Below the pieces are notes generated by a model. The model did not search any database, was not told the origin of the DNA, and worked only from the letters and a program-made list of their open reading frames with translations. Positions 20,521 to 29,809 of a stretch of 64,000 nucleotides of DNA are shown piece after piece; position 1 is the first letter of the stretch, and every line of letters begins with the position of its first letter. The translations under genes and the position numbers were made by a program. This DNA comes from an uncultured Gammaproteobacteria bacterium (lineage in GTDB: Bacteria; Patescibacteriota; Patescibacteriia; Magasanikbacterales; UBA922), in NCBI GenBank assembly GCA_964597575.1, contig CAZQXB010000002.1, forward strand, positions 5,624 to 69,623, given 5' to 3'.

Positions 20521-20616
20521 GTAGGCAGTAAGCTCATCATGCCGTCCATATGCCACACCATGATGCCTGTCGGGATTCACGGGGTGAATGGCGAGCGCGC
20601 TGTGCCTGCTGCCTAC
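20521..20616. ncRNA. candidate structured ncRNA (cloverleaf-like, approx 96 nt), class unknown
   Basis: GC-rich patch in an AT-rich spacer. 8-bp closing stem GTAGGCAG/CTGCCTAC encloses three hairpins: CATCATG...CATGATG, ATTCAC-GGG-GTGAAT and GCGAGCGCGC. No tRNA T-loop and no SRP motif. The overlapping 82-aa ORF looks spurious. Confidence 0.3.
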
Positions 20617-20722
20617 TATAGGTTCTTCTGTATCCACCTTACGCCTAAAAATGGAAGTTGTCAAGAGGAAAAAAGATGCTAAAATATGGCTTAACAGAGC
20701 TTATTTTATACATCATTTTTTC

Positions 20723-21994
20723 TTAATTTGAAGAATAGGGATAACCCTCTTTTGCATTAAAAACGGCCAAAAAAATACTCACCAAAAGGATACCCTGATA
20801 CGTTGACCACAGATAATGGTCAAAAAAAGCAATCGGCGCAATAGCCAAAAACAAAGGTGCTTTTGTCTGCCAAAGCAGAATTGCCTCTTTGCGAAAAAAG
20901 AAAAAGATGGCGATAAAAATAGAGACGCTTCCTAACCACCCCAATTCCACGAGCATAAGGAGCGGTGTATTGTGCACCGGCTGAAGCAAGTACCCTGGCG
21001 TTTGATGTGTTTCATGAAGGTATGCCGTATAGTTACCCGGACCCACCCCAAAGGGACGATTCCAGGCAAACCCTGATAGAGCCTCTTCTATCCCGCCCAG
21101 CCGCTCTTCAATAGAACGAATTTCGGCTGCCCCCGACGAACTGGTACGAGTAAAGAAGAGGGATGGATACAGAAAAAAAGCGATACAGCATACGGCAATG
21201 ACAGGAACGATTCGCTTCCACAGAAAGGAGCGTAGGCACACAAGCCCTATCGTACCGCAGATAAGAGCAAGGTACGCACTCCGCGACCACGACACCACAA
21301 GCCCTGCTGCCGCAAGCGGAAGAAGCACACTCACGAGCACCCTGTCGACCAGGTTTCTTTTTTTATATACAAAAAGATACAGAAGTAAAAAAGCTGCGTA
21401 CCCACCAAAAATATTGGGATGCGGAAACGAACTGTATGCGCGCATATATCGTCCGCCAAATTCTTCAACCACGACTGAAGTCCCGGCCACATCTCGAGCA
21501 TGAAGCGACAAACCAAAAAGCGTTGATTCTACAGTAGTTTGATTCCCCCACTGCCAAAGCCCGAGCAAAAGTACGGGAATTGCTCCAAAAAGAATATATT
21601 GACCGATATGAGTATTCTCTTTTTTTGCAAAAGAAACAAACGCATACGCCACGAACACACTCACGAGCATACGCAAAGACTGAAACGCAATACTTTGATT
21701 CACCGCGAGAAAACTACTTACAAAGAGCACACCAGCAACAAGAAGAGCCCCCCCTCCCCCCTCTTTCCATATTTTTTTTGAAAAAGAATCCTTATTTCTG
21801 CGAAAGAGAAAAAAAGTATAGAAAAGAAAAACCATGATCCATACGAGCACCTCAGATGCGTATATTCGCTCCACCCCAAACTGCCAAACACTTCCGCGCA
21901 CCATAGGAACTGAAAAAATCCACACCGTGCCGATCGGAAAAAGCACAAGGAGTGCTCGAATCGACCAATCAAGTAAGGTTTTAAGCGGTGTCAT
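20723..21994 (-). CDS. O-antigen ligase (Wzy_C/RfaL)-family polytopic membrane protein
   Basis: About 10 TM helices and the WSRSAYLAL motif typical of O-antigen ligase-like proteins. Start taken at the internal ATG 21994, overlapping the upstream gene by 14 nt. Confidence 0.6.
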   Translation of the reverse strand: MTPLKTLLDWSIRALLVLFPIGTVWIFSVPMVRGSVWQFGVERIYASEVLVWIMVFLFYTFFLFRRNKDSFSKKIWKEGGGGALLVAGVLFVSSFLAVNQSIAFQSLRMLVSVFVAYAFVSFAKKENTHIGQYILFGAIPVLLLGLWQWGNQTTVESTLFGLSLHARDVAGTSVVVEEFGGRYMRAYSSFPHPNIFGGYAAFLLLYLFVYKKRNLVDRVLVSVLLPLAAAGLVVSWSRSAYLALICGTIGLVCLRSFLWKRIVPVIAVCCIAFFLYPSLFFTRTSSSGAAEIRSIEERLGGIEEALSGFAWNRPFGVGPGNYTAYLHETHQTPGYLLQPVHNTPLLMLVELGWLGSVSIFIAIFFFFRKEAILLWQTKAPLFLAIAPIAFFDHYLWSTYQGILLVSIFLAVFNAKEGYPYSSN

Positions 21995-22943
21995 AGGGCA
22001 AAATACCGAGTTCACGACAGCGCGTGAGCCATTCGTCTCGATACTGACCCCTTCGATCATGTTCATGAAATTTGAGCACCGTATCGGTTTCAACGACTCG
22101 CGTATCTGGCTCATGCTGAATACTTTTCTTATTCATATTCATTTTTGTCTGTTGAAGCGCCTTTGCTTGCTGTTCAATAAGCGCGCCATATCCGCCGCCC
22201 CACAGACGCTCAAACACTCCTTTTATCCGTCCGGCAAATTGATTTGTCGGCGCATACACCTCTTTCAAAGGGCGGCCAAAAGCATGAGGAAGGTACGCCT
22301 TCGCAAACGTATTTTTTCCCATAAGTGTGCGGTGGACATTTTTGGAATCATACACCGGCACAAGCAGGTCAAGCCAATACATTAAATATACATCTGGCGT
22401 AGAAATCGCGAGTGGCGCCAAATCAAGTGCAGCCTCCGTCACAAAAAAACTTAAGCAAATCTGGTTTGTAACACGGTGCTTGGTGCGGCGCATGCCGGTA
22501 AGTGTAAGAGTAAGTGTAATAAGAAGACGGGTAAACCACAAACGCCCCTCTCGGACGACAATAAACACATCAATATCGCTCTCCTTTTTTGCTGTTCCCA
22601 TACCAGCAGTGTTACAAACAAACACTGCAGAAATAAAAGGAATCCACGCCATCACCCGCATTGCTTTTCCGGCACGCAAAAACTTTTCCTCTACCACTTT
22701 CCTTGCCACCTCTCGCTTCTCTACAAAAGACGCGTGACCTGGCAAAAACCAGTAACCACCACCTTCTTCAACTTTCTTTTCTTGTTTCAGCCGGAGAAGT
22801 AGTTCCTCTACGTGGCCCGCGGTTTGTTGCGGCGGAGGGCACCACAAAAAACGGAAGAGCTCTTCAAGAGTAAGCGGGTAAGAAAAAATATCAAAATACG
22901 CGAGTGTCGCCAAAAGAGACTCTTCAAGCGAAAGGCGCTTCAT
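21981..22943 (-). CDS. hypothetical protein with minimal nucleotidyltransferase (Pol-beta-like) motif
   Basis: G-x-G-x(6)-SDIDVFIV matches the G[GS]x9-13 D-x-D nucleotidyltransferase signature. The rest is unassigned. Confidence 0.4.
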   Translation of the reverse strand: MKRLSLEESLLATLAYFDIFSYPLTLEELFRFLWCPPPQQTAGHVEELLLRLKQEKKVEEGGGYWFLPGHASFVEKREVARKVVEEKFLRAGKAMRVMAWIPFISAVFVCNTAGMGTAKKESDIDVFIVVREGRLWFTRLLITLTLTLTGMRRTKHRVTNQICLSFFVTEAALDLAPLAISTPDVYLMYWLDLLVPVYDSKNVHRTLMGKNTFAKAYLPHAFGRPLKEVYAPTNQFAGRIKGVFERLWGGGYGALIEQQAKALQQTKMNMNKKSIQHEPDTRVVETDTVLKFHEHDRRGQYRDEWLTRCRELGILPYDTA

Positions 22944-23245
22944 ACCCCTTCTTTTTCTTGCATGAATGCGGCCATATCACCAAGGGAACGTTTTGAAGCA
23001 GGGTCTGGTTTCTTTTCTTCAATCAAAATCGCTGTATCGTCTACCACAACCTGTTTTTCGGTAATCGAGAGCACCTGGGAACGATGGACAAGAAGCAACT
23101 CTTTCGAGAGTCGGGAGCGTTTCACATGGAGACACACAATCATCTCTGTTTCTGAATCAATCGTAAGATCGGAAATTTTTCCGACCGGGGTTCCGCTTTT
23201 CGTTACAACCGGCAACGTTTTTAAAGTGTGCCAATTGATCCGCAT
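22940..23245 (-). CDS. small PRC-barrel-like protein (YlmC/YmxH-like), hypothetical
   Basis: 101 aa with LPVVTKSGTPVGKISDLTIDSETE pattern like PRC-barrel proteins. Weak. Confidence 0.3.
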   Translation of the reverse strand: MRINWHTLKTLPVVTKSGTPVGKISDLTIDSETEMIVCLHVKRSRLSKELLLVHRSQVLSITEKQVVVDDTAILIEEKKPDPASKRSLGDMAAFMQEKEGV

Positions 23246-23255
23246 AGAAAAAAAC

Positions 23256-23978
23256 TTACAATTGAGGCTCTTTTTTAAAGAGAAAGTGCTGTTGAGCTGC
23301 CGTTAAAACGGTCGAGAAAAACCAATACAAGGCCAAACCTGAAGGCAGGGTATACCCAATAAAAACAGTCATGATCGGAAGAACATAGAGCATTTGTTTG
23401 TTCATCATCTCAGCCATATCATCCACCTTCGCATCGCCTGTTGCCTGTTTCGGGCGCTTGGCCATCATACTCTTTGTTTGCCACCACTGAGCAACACCGG
23501 CGAGCATGGCTAAAACAAGACTCGGAATATTTTTTCCCACACCAAGATCAACAAAACCAAAAGCAAACGGATTAATGTGTTCTGGGCGAGGAATGAATGA
23601 ATAAAGCGCATCAAGCCCCTGGCTTCCGAGCCCGTCACGAAGAACCCAGTACAGTGCCAAAAATACTGGCAACTGAATAAGAACCGGCAAGCAAGAACCG
23701 AGAGGGTTCACTTTATGCTCTTTATAAAGCTTCATGGTTTCTTCGGCCAACTTTTGTTTATCGGTCTTATGCGTATCGCGCAGCGCGGTCAACTTTGGCT
23801 GAATAGCCGTCATGGCTTTCTGTGCTCGAAGTGATTTTGCGGTAAGCGGATAAAACGCTGCTTTAATCAAAATCGTGAGGAGAATAATAGCCACACCCAC
23901 GTCTGGGATAAGAGTGTAGAGACCGACAAAAATGTTATAGATGGGTTGGTATAAAATGATGTGAAAAAGGCCAGACAT
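23256..23978 (-). CDS. yidC: membrane protein insertase YidC (short form)
   Basis: ILLTILIKAAFYPLTAKS...QKLAEETMKLYKEHKVNPLGSCLPVLIQLPVF, a canonical YidC/Oxa1 core. Start taken at the internal ATG 23978. Confidence 0.85.
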   Translation of the reverse strand: MSGLFHIILYQPIYNIFVGLYTLIPDVGVAIILLTILIKAAFYPLTAKSLRAQKAMTAIQPKLTALRDTHKTDKQKLAEETMKLYKEHKVNPLGSCLPVLIQLPVFLALYWVLRDGLGSQGLDALYSFIPRPEHINPFAFGFVDLGVGKNIPSLVLAMLAGVAQWWQTKSMMAKRPKQATGDAKVDDMAEMMNKQMLYVLPIMTVFIGYTLPSGLALYWFFSTVLTAAQQHFLFKKEPQL

Positions 23979-24096
23979 AGAGTAAAAATATATGGGGCGA
24001 GTATACCATGTGAGTATGGGCACGGCAAGGATACTAGTAAAAAAGAGACCCTGATAAAGAAAAAGAAAACCCGATCGGATGATCGGGTTTTCGGCT

Positions 24097-25341
24097 TTAC
24101 TCTGCCTTCTCTTCAGCAGGTTTTTCTTCTTCTACCCCCACTTCTTTGGTTGCGGCTTCAACTGCTTCAGGAGCATCTTCACTGCTGACCACGGCTCCAC
24201 CGCCTTCTTCAGCGACGGTAATCTTCCAACCGGTAAGCTCAGCGGCTAAGCGAACATTTTGTCCGCCACGACCGATCGCAAGTGAAAACTGATCTGGCAC
24301 AACAAAGGCTTGAGCTTCTTTCAGCGCTTCGTTTAATTCCACACGAACTACTTTAGCCGGCGAAAGAGCGTGTTTAATAAACTCAATTGCGTTTTCATTC
24401 CACTGAATAATGTCTACCTTTTCTCCACCGAGTTCCGTAATAATCGTCGTAATACGGCTGCCACGTTGACCAATACACGCACCAATCGGATCAATCGACT
24501 CATCATCCGTCGAAACAGCTACTTTAGAGCGGTTTCCTGGGTCTCGCGCAATGCCACGGATGACAACGGCTCCATCTTGAATTTCAGGAATTTCTTCACG
24601 GAAAATCGTCTCAACCATTTTTGAGCTTGAACGAGAAAGAATAATTTCTGGTCCACGTTGCCCAACACCAACAGATGCTACAAAAAAACGCATGCGGCTC
24701 CCTGGGCGATACATTTCACGGGTAATTTGTTCATTCTGAGGAAGAAGACCGGTGATACGACCGAGGTCAATAATCACATTACCACTTCGATCACGGCGTT
24801 GCACTACTCCGTTCACTACTCCCCCAGCTTGTTTTTCAAAGTCGGCCATAACCGTTGTGCGCTCAGCTTCGCGCAACTTCTGCATAATAACCTGCTTCGC
24901 GGTTTGTGCGGCCATACGACCAAAGCTTCCTGGAACTTCTTGAGGAAGCTCTAAAATATCACCGATTTTTGCTTTTGGTGCAACCAAAACAGCATCCTTC
25001 ATCATGAGCTGTGTTTTTGGATTAAAACGCACTAAATCAGCTGCCTCTTCTTCGGTCATTTCACGACCAGCCATTCGTGCGGCTTCACGTCGTTCAGCTA
25101 AGGCAACCTGAGCAGCTTCGAGCTCTGATTCTTCCACATCTTCCACCACTTCTTTAATATCCCACACTTTCATGTCGCCTGTTTCCGGATCAAACTTCAC
25201 CTTATAATTTCCTTGGCGAGAACCAAAATCCTTACGGAAGGCTGCCGCAAGTGCCGATTCAATGGCCTCCATGACCGCCTCTGGATTAAGCCCTTTTTCA
25301 TCACAGATGATCTGGATGCTTTTTGAGATTTCCGATGCCAT
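24097..25341 (-). CDS. nusA: transcription termination/antitermination factor NusA
   Basis: N-terminal NusA domain, an S1 domain, and KH domains (GACIGQRGSRI, AIGRGGQNVRLAAELTGWKI), plus an acidic C-terminal tail. Confidence 0.93.
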   Translation of the reverse strand: MASEISKSIQIICDEKGLNPEAVMEAIESALAAAFRKDFGSRQGNYKVKFDPETGDMKVWDIKEVVEDVEESELEAAQVALAERREAARMAGREMTEEEAADLVRFNPKTQLMMKDAVLVAPKAKIGDILELPQEVPGSFGRMAAQTAKQVIMQKLREAERTTVMADFEKQAGGVVNGVVQRRDRSGNVIIDLGRITGLLPQNEQITREMYRPGSRMRFFVASVGVGQRGPEIILSRSSSKMVETIFREEIPEIQDGAVVIRGIARDPGNRSKVAVSTDDESIDPIGACIGQRGSRITTIITELGGEKVDIIQWNENAIEFIKHALSPAKVVRVELNEALKEAQAFVVPDQFSLAIGRGGQNVRLAAELTGWKITVAEEGGGAVVSSEDAPEAVEAATKEVGVEEEKPAEEKAE

Positions 25342-25414
25342 ATAATAATACTTAGACTAAAATACGTAAATTTCAAGAAAAAAAGCAGCTTATATAAGCT
25401 ACTTCAATATAAAA

Positions 25415-25443
25415 AGTATAGCATAAAAATGGTTCTTTGTCAA
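25415..25443 (-). promoter_or_regulatory. sigma-70 promoter upstream of nusA (TTGACA-N17-TATACT)
   Basis: Minus strand: TTGACA at 25438-25443, TATACT at 25415-25420. Confidence 0.55.
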
Positions 25444-25451
25444 GAAATACA

Positions 25452-25835
25452 CTAATTTACCGGAATAACGTAATGGGTACAGCTCGGTTCACCGCCAGAG
25501 GCTTTATACACTCCGACATGCTCAAACTGAATAGGAGTTTTATCGATATTCATATTTTCTTCGGCCAAGTATTTTCGTGCAGCAAGCATAATATGATGCA
25601 TCTTTTTTCCGTTCGTGGCCCGCTCCGCGCTTCCTGCTTCCCCACTTCGTGTTTTTACTTCAATGAAACAAAGGGTCTTTTCTCCGCGGATATTCGGGTG
25701 CCAAGCAACAATATCGATTTCCCCTCCTCGTTTTAATACGTTCCGAGCGACAATCTCATAGCCTTTTTGGACTAAAAAACGTGCGGCAATTTCCTCGCCC
25801 CACGCGCCGATTGCTTTGGTTGTGCGCGTTATCAT
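25452..25835 (-). CDS. YraN-family (UPF0102) endonuclease
   Basis: GAWGEEIAARFL...GEIDIVAW...IEVKTR motif set. Confidence 0.8.
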   Translation of the reverse strand: MITRTTKAIGAWGEEIAARFLVQKGYEIVARNVLKRGGEIDIVAWHPNIRGEKTLCFIEVKTRSGEAGSAERATNGKKMHHIMLAARKYLAEENMNIDKTPIQFEHVGVYKASGGEPSCTHYVIPVN

Positions 25836-26392
25836 ACCGCACGATACAACACTACCCCCGCATGATGTGGCCCAGCATGAAAGGTTTCTTGTTCAACAAA
25901 CCCATGGGCTTGAGCAAGTTTTACGAGTGAGGCAAAATCAACTAAGGAATTTTTTGGTGGCGCAATCGACAAACCAGAGTCTGCCCAATCGACAATCACG
26001 AGTCGGGCTTTTGGTTTAAGTAAACGAGCGGTTTCATCCATCACTTTCAGATGCTGCTCGCGAGGAATACGGCACAAAACGTTTACAATAAAAACGCCAT
26101 CAAGGCTAGCTGCCGGGATGGCCACCCCCCCAACCTCTTCAATATCACCCCAAACCGTTCGTATCATGGAAAGCCCTTCCATCTTCGCGCGTTTACTCAA
26201 GGCATCAAGAACATCTTTCAAAATATCAACAGCAAACAGGCACCCGGTATCGCCCACAATGGACGCTGCGGGAAAAATAAGATGCCCGGTTCGACCAGAA
26301 CCCAAATCAGCAACCCGCATCCCAGTGCGAAGTTGCATCTTCTCGAAAAGAAAACTCGCGTCGATTAATTCATTCCCCGAATGATAGCTCAT
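25832..26392 (-). CDS. class I SAM-dependent methyltransferase
   Basis: VADLGSGRTG motif I. 186 aa. Overlaps the yraN start by 4 nt. Confidence 0.7.
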   Translation of the reverse strand: MSYHSGNELIDASFLFEKMQLRTGMRVADLGSGRTGHLIFPAASIVGDTGCLFAVDILKDVLDALSKRAKMEGLSMIRTVWGDIEEVGGVAIPAASLDGVFIVNVLCRIPREQHLKVMDETARLLKPKARLVIVDWADSGLSIAPPKNSLVDFASLVKLAQAHGFVEQETFHAGPHHAGVVLYRAV

Positions 26393-26397
26393 AAATA

Positions 26398-26646
26398 CTA
26401 GGCTGGACGCGGAAAAAGATTTCCAAAGATGCTGAGGACCACTTCACCCAAAAGCCCGGTGACTCCCATAAGTGCTAAGATAATTGCAGCGAGGCCAATG
26501 AGTTTATACATGAGACGCGATCCTCCTTCGGTTCCCAAATGCTGTTCTGCCCAGGCAATGGAACCAAAATTACTTAAAAACCATTCGGTTTTTGCAATAA
26601 GAATTACCCCGATCGCGATTACAACTACAGCAATAACATACGACAT
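26398..26646 (-). CDS. hypothetical small membrane protein (2 TM)
   Basis: 82 aa with two hydrophobic helices. Confidence 0.45.
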   Translation of the reverse strand: MSYVIAVVVIAIGVILIAKTEWFLSNFGSIAWAEQHLGTEGGSRLMYKLIGLAAIILALMGVTGLLGEVVLSIFGNLFPRPA

Positions 26647-26835
26647 AACAGTTCCAAATATATTTTACTTTCATCTATTAGACACGGAGCCCCATTTCTT
26701 CACAACTTTTATATAGTATAGCCTATGTGGGTAAGATGTGGAAAAAGAGATATACACAGGGAGTTTACATAGGGGGCATGGCGTGTGATACTACGATTGT
26801 TCGTAAACGAAAAAGAAAAGGGGGGGTGAACGAAC

Positions 26836-27789
26836 ATGCTCACTACAAACAAATTCTCCATGGAAAAAGCGGTGAGCCAATTCGTTCACCGTGGATATAC
26901 TTTTGTTCCTGCCGACCTATGGCGCTTTGTCAGACCACTCAACACAGGATTCACCGAATTCCTACGGTATTCAGAGCAAGAACGCCGTTCTTTTACCTCG
27001 TTCCGGCGGTTTGACCCAAATGACCCTAACCAACCCGATGATGGATATATGGCTCGGCGCGGAGCCGAAACCAAGAGCCGGAATGGCAAGCAGGGCGGGA
27101 AGACCGATATCAAGGATATTATCCACATCCGCGGAGACATCTTTGATATCTACCGCGAAGCTGGTCTAAGACTGAGCCCAAGGGAGACCAGATGGCTCCA
27201 AACCGGCGTCGATGCGCACCAGGCTGTACGCACACTACTCGATCCGTTCTATCTCCAACTCGAGAAGACGCTCACTCAGAAAAACCTCCTGAAAAAAGAG
27301 GGGTTTTACCGAATGATGCGAGACCTCTCGGTGGACCGATCGGTGCTACGCCTCAACCACTACCTGAAGATGCGCGACGACCGTCCGTCGAGTACGCGTT
27401 GGGCTCAGGTGGGTCGCAGTCACACCGACCGATGCTTTCTCACGGTGGCCTGGTTTGAGGGTCTTGCTGACGGTAACCGCGACGAGTCCTCTCGATTGCA
27501 ACGGTATTTCGGAAATTTCATCCTTCCGCAGATACCCAATTTCGTGCCGGATGAAAGCCTGAAGCTCGAGACATCTGACAAGCGCGACCGCGACCACCTC
27601 AAGTGGCGACGAGTTGCTCCACGACCAAGCTACGTTCTCATCTTCGCATCAGCCATGGCCAATCAGGAGTTCGGTATCCCCGCCATGTGGCATCGCATCT
27701 TGTCCGAGAACGGTAAGAGGGTCGCACGTCGGTCGTTCGTCCACTTCGAGCAGATGCCGATCGAATTTTTCGGGTATGGAAACCACTAA
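26836..27789 (+). CDS. GC-rich island gene: putative 2-oxoglutarate/Fe(II)-dependent oxygenase (isopenicillin-N-synthase-like superfamily)
   Basis: AAAGGGGGGG RBS. LRLNHYL (cf. LRLNYYP), HTD followed by LTV (HxD...LT), distal WH and RxS 12 aa later (WHRILSENGKRVARRS). GC ~55% against a ~45% backbone. Candidate extended -10 promoter TTTACA-N17-TGTGATACT upstream. Confidence 0.5.
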   Translation: MLTTNKFSMEKAVSQFVHRGYTFVPADLWRFVRPLNTGFTEFLRYSEQERRSFTSFRRFDPNDPNQPDDGYMARRGAETKSRNGKQGGKTDIKDIIHIRGDIFDIYREAGLRLSPRETRWLQTGVDAHQAVRTLLDPFYLQLEKTLTQKNLLKKEGFYRMMRDLSVDRSVLRLNHYLKMRDDRPSSTRWAQVGRSHTDRCFLTVAWFEGLADGNRDESSRLQRYFGNFILPQIPNFVPDESLKLETSDKRDRDHLKWRRVAPRPSYVLIFASAMANQEFGIPAMWHRILSENGKRVARRSFVHFEQMPIEFFGYGNH

Positions 27790-27860
27790 CCTAAGCCCCC
27801 GACTATGCCACCTTCAGGAGCATGCGTACCGGGGCTTTTTCAATTAAAAAAATTTTCAAA

Positions 27861-27895
27861 CAAAAAATCTGGCCAATTGACCAGATTTTTTGTTC
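27861..27895. terminator. bidirectional terminator between island-2 gene and typA
   Basis: AATCTGG-CCAATTGA-CCAGATT hairpin flanked by an A-run and a T-run. Confidence 0.65.
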
Positions 27896-27902
27896 ATTCT
27901 AT

Positions 27903-29678
27903 TTAGTTCCGTCGACGATCGGTTTCTTTCAAAAACTGTTTGCGTAAACGAATGCTCTTTGGAGTAATTTCCAAGTATTCATCATCAGTCATAATTTCAA
28001 GCCCACGCTCCAGCGTTACTTCGAGCGGTGGGGTCAAAAGAATCGCATCATCCGACCCAGAAGCTCGCATGTTGGTAAGCTGTTTCCCCTTTGTTGGGTT
28101 CACAGCCATTTCTTCACCCTTCGCTGTATTTCCGATAACCATACCCTCGTACACTTCCACATTCGGACCAATATACAAACTGCCACGTTCTTGCAGATTC
28201 CACAGAGAATACCCAAGAGCAACACCTGGAACCATTGAAATCATCGAACCAACAGCACGTTTTTCAATTGTTCCGACATGAGGACGGAAACCAATAACAC
28301 GGCTTGCCATAATACCTTCTCCACGAGTATCCATCACAAACTGTCCGCGATACCCAAGGATACCACGAGTTGGTACCTCAAAAATCATACGAGTATGCCC
28401 GTTCGCTGGCTGCATGTTAATCATCTGACCCTTGCGTTTGGAAAGTTTTTCAATAATGGTTCCCATGAACTCATCCGGAGTATCAATCGTGACTTCTTCA
28501 AACGGTTCAAGCTTCTGACCTGCTTCTTCTTTAATAATAACCTGAGGCTGTGATACTTGAAGTTCAAACCCTTCACGGCGCATGTTTTCAAGCAAAATCG
28601 CGATGTGCATTTCTCCACGGCCATACACGCGAGTGCGGTCGGCTGAAGAAAAATCGATCTTTAACCCCACGTTTACCTCGAGTTCTTTTTCTAAACGTTC
28701 TTTAATTTGGCGGCTTGTGACAAACTTTCCTTCTTTGCCGGCAAATGGAGAGCTGTTCACCATTAAATCCATCGAGATCGTTGGCTCATCAACCGTAATC
28801 GCAGGAAGAGCGGTCTGATCCATGTTTGCACAAATCGTTTCTCCAATATAGATGTCTGGGATACCTGCAACCATCACCAAGTCCCCCGCCTGAGCTTCGG
28901 CTGTTTCTACTTTTTCAAACCCTTTGAAAGAATAAATTTTGGTAATCGTTCCCGTGCGTGATTCGCCGTCGGCTTTCTTTACAACCACTTTATCGCCCTG
29001 GCGCATAATCCCCTCGTAAATACGACCGATCGCCATACGACCCAAATAATTGTCGTACGCCAAATTGAATGGTTGCATGCGGAAAGGAACCGTAATATCA
29101 GCTGGAGCTGGTTCAACAAATTCTAAAATGGTATCAAGAAGTGGATCAAGATTGGTTGACTCATCAGTGAGTTTCTTTTTTGCAATTCCCTGGCGACCAA
29201 TCGCGTAGACGGTATGAAAATTGAGCTGTGCATCGTTCGCTCCCAAATCCATGAAGAGTCCAAGAACTTCATCATGAACACGATCTGGCTCAGCCGCTGG
29301 TTTGTCGATTTTATTAATCACGACAATCGGCTTAAGACCAAGCTCCAATGACTTTTTCAAAACGAATTTCGTTTGAGGCATTGGACCTTCCTGCGCATCA
29401 ACCACAAGAACCACAGAGTCAATAGAGCGAAGCACGCGTTCTACTTCAGAACCAAAGTCCGCGTGCCCGGGAGTATCTACAATGTTAATTTTGGTATCTT
29501 TATAGAAGAGAGCCGTGTTTTTCGCGTAAATCGTAATACCACGCTCTTTTTCAAGCGTGTTTGAGTCCATACTCTGGCCTTCTTCGGTAATCATACCAGT
29601 TTGGCGAAGAAGTGAGTCGGTCAGGGTGGTTTTTCCATGGTCTACATGGGCGATAATTGCGATGTTTCGAATCTGCAT
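27903..29678 (-). CDS. typA: translational GTPase TypA/BipA
   Basis: [31 protein letters not shown]-motifs and a BipA C-terminal domain. Start at the ATG 29676-29678 (MQIRNIAI). Confidence 0.93.
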   Translation of the reverse strand: MQIRNIAIIAHVDHGKTTLTDSLLRQTGMITEEGQSMDSNTLEKERGITIYAKNTALFYKDTKINIVDTPGHADFGSEVERVLRSIDSVVLVVDAQEGPMPQTKFVLKKSLELGLKPIVVINKIDKPAAEPDRVHDEVLGLFMDLGANDAQLNFHTVYAIGRQGIAKKKLTDESTNLDPLLDTILEFVEPAPADITVPFRMQPFNLAYDNYLGRMAIGRIYEGIMRQGDKVVVKKADGESRTGTITKIYSFKGFEKVETAEAQAGDLVMVAGIPDIYIGETICANMDQTALPAITVDEPTISMDLMVNSSPFAGKEGKFVTSRQIKERLEKELEVNVGLKIDFSSADRTRVYGRGEMHIAILLENMRREGFELQVSQPQVIIKEEAGQKLEPFEEVTIDTPDEFMGTIIEKLSKRKGQMINMQPANGHTRMIFEVPTRGILGYRGQFVMDTRGEGIMASRVIGFRPHVGTIEKRAVGSMISMVPGVALGYSLWNLQERGSLYIGPNVEVYEGMVIGNTAKGEEMAVNPTKGKQLTNMRASGSDDAILLTPPLEVTLERGLEIMTDDEYLEITPKSIRLRKQFLKETDRRRN

Positions 29679-29700
29679 AAAGATGGTCAAAGATTGGCAA

Positions 29701-29729
29701 AGTATAGCAGAAAACAGTTTGTTTGTCAA
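29701..29729 (-). promoter_or_regulatory. sigma-70 promoter of typA (TTGACA-N17-TATACT)
   Basis: Minus strand: TTGACA at 29724-29729, TATACT at 29701-29706, about 20 nt from the start codon. Confidence 0.55.
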
Positions 29730-29809
29730 ACCCTGCACACAGCACTCACTTTTTACCATTTAACAAGGCTGAAGAAATGCCCTGAGGGACCCGTCTTTTT
29801 GCACCAGCC

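Noticed and set aside
20434-20682. 82-aa ORF spanning the groES promoter and the cloverleaf element
   Set aside because: It overlaps a strong minus-strand promoter and a structured element. It has no RBS and an implausible composition.
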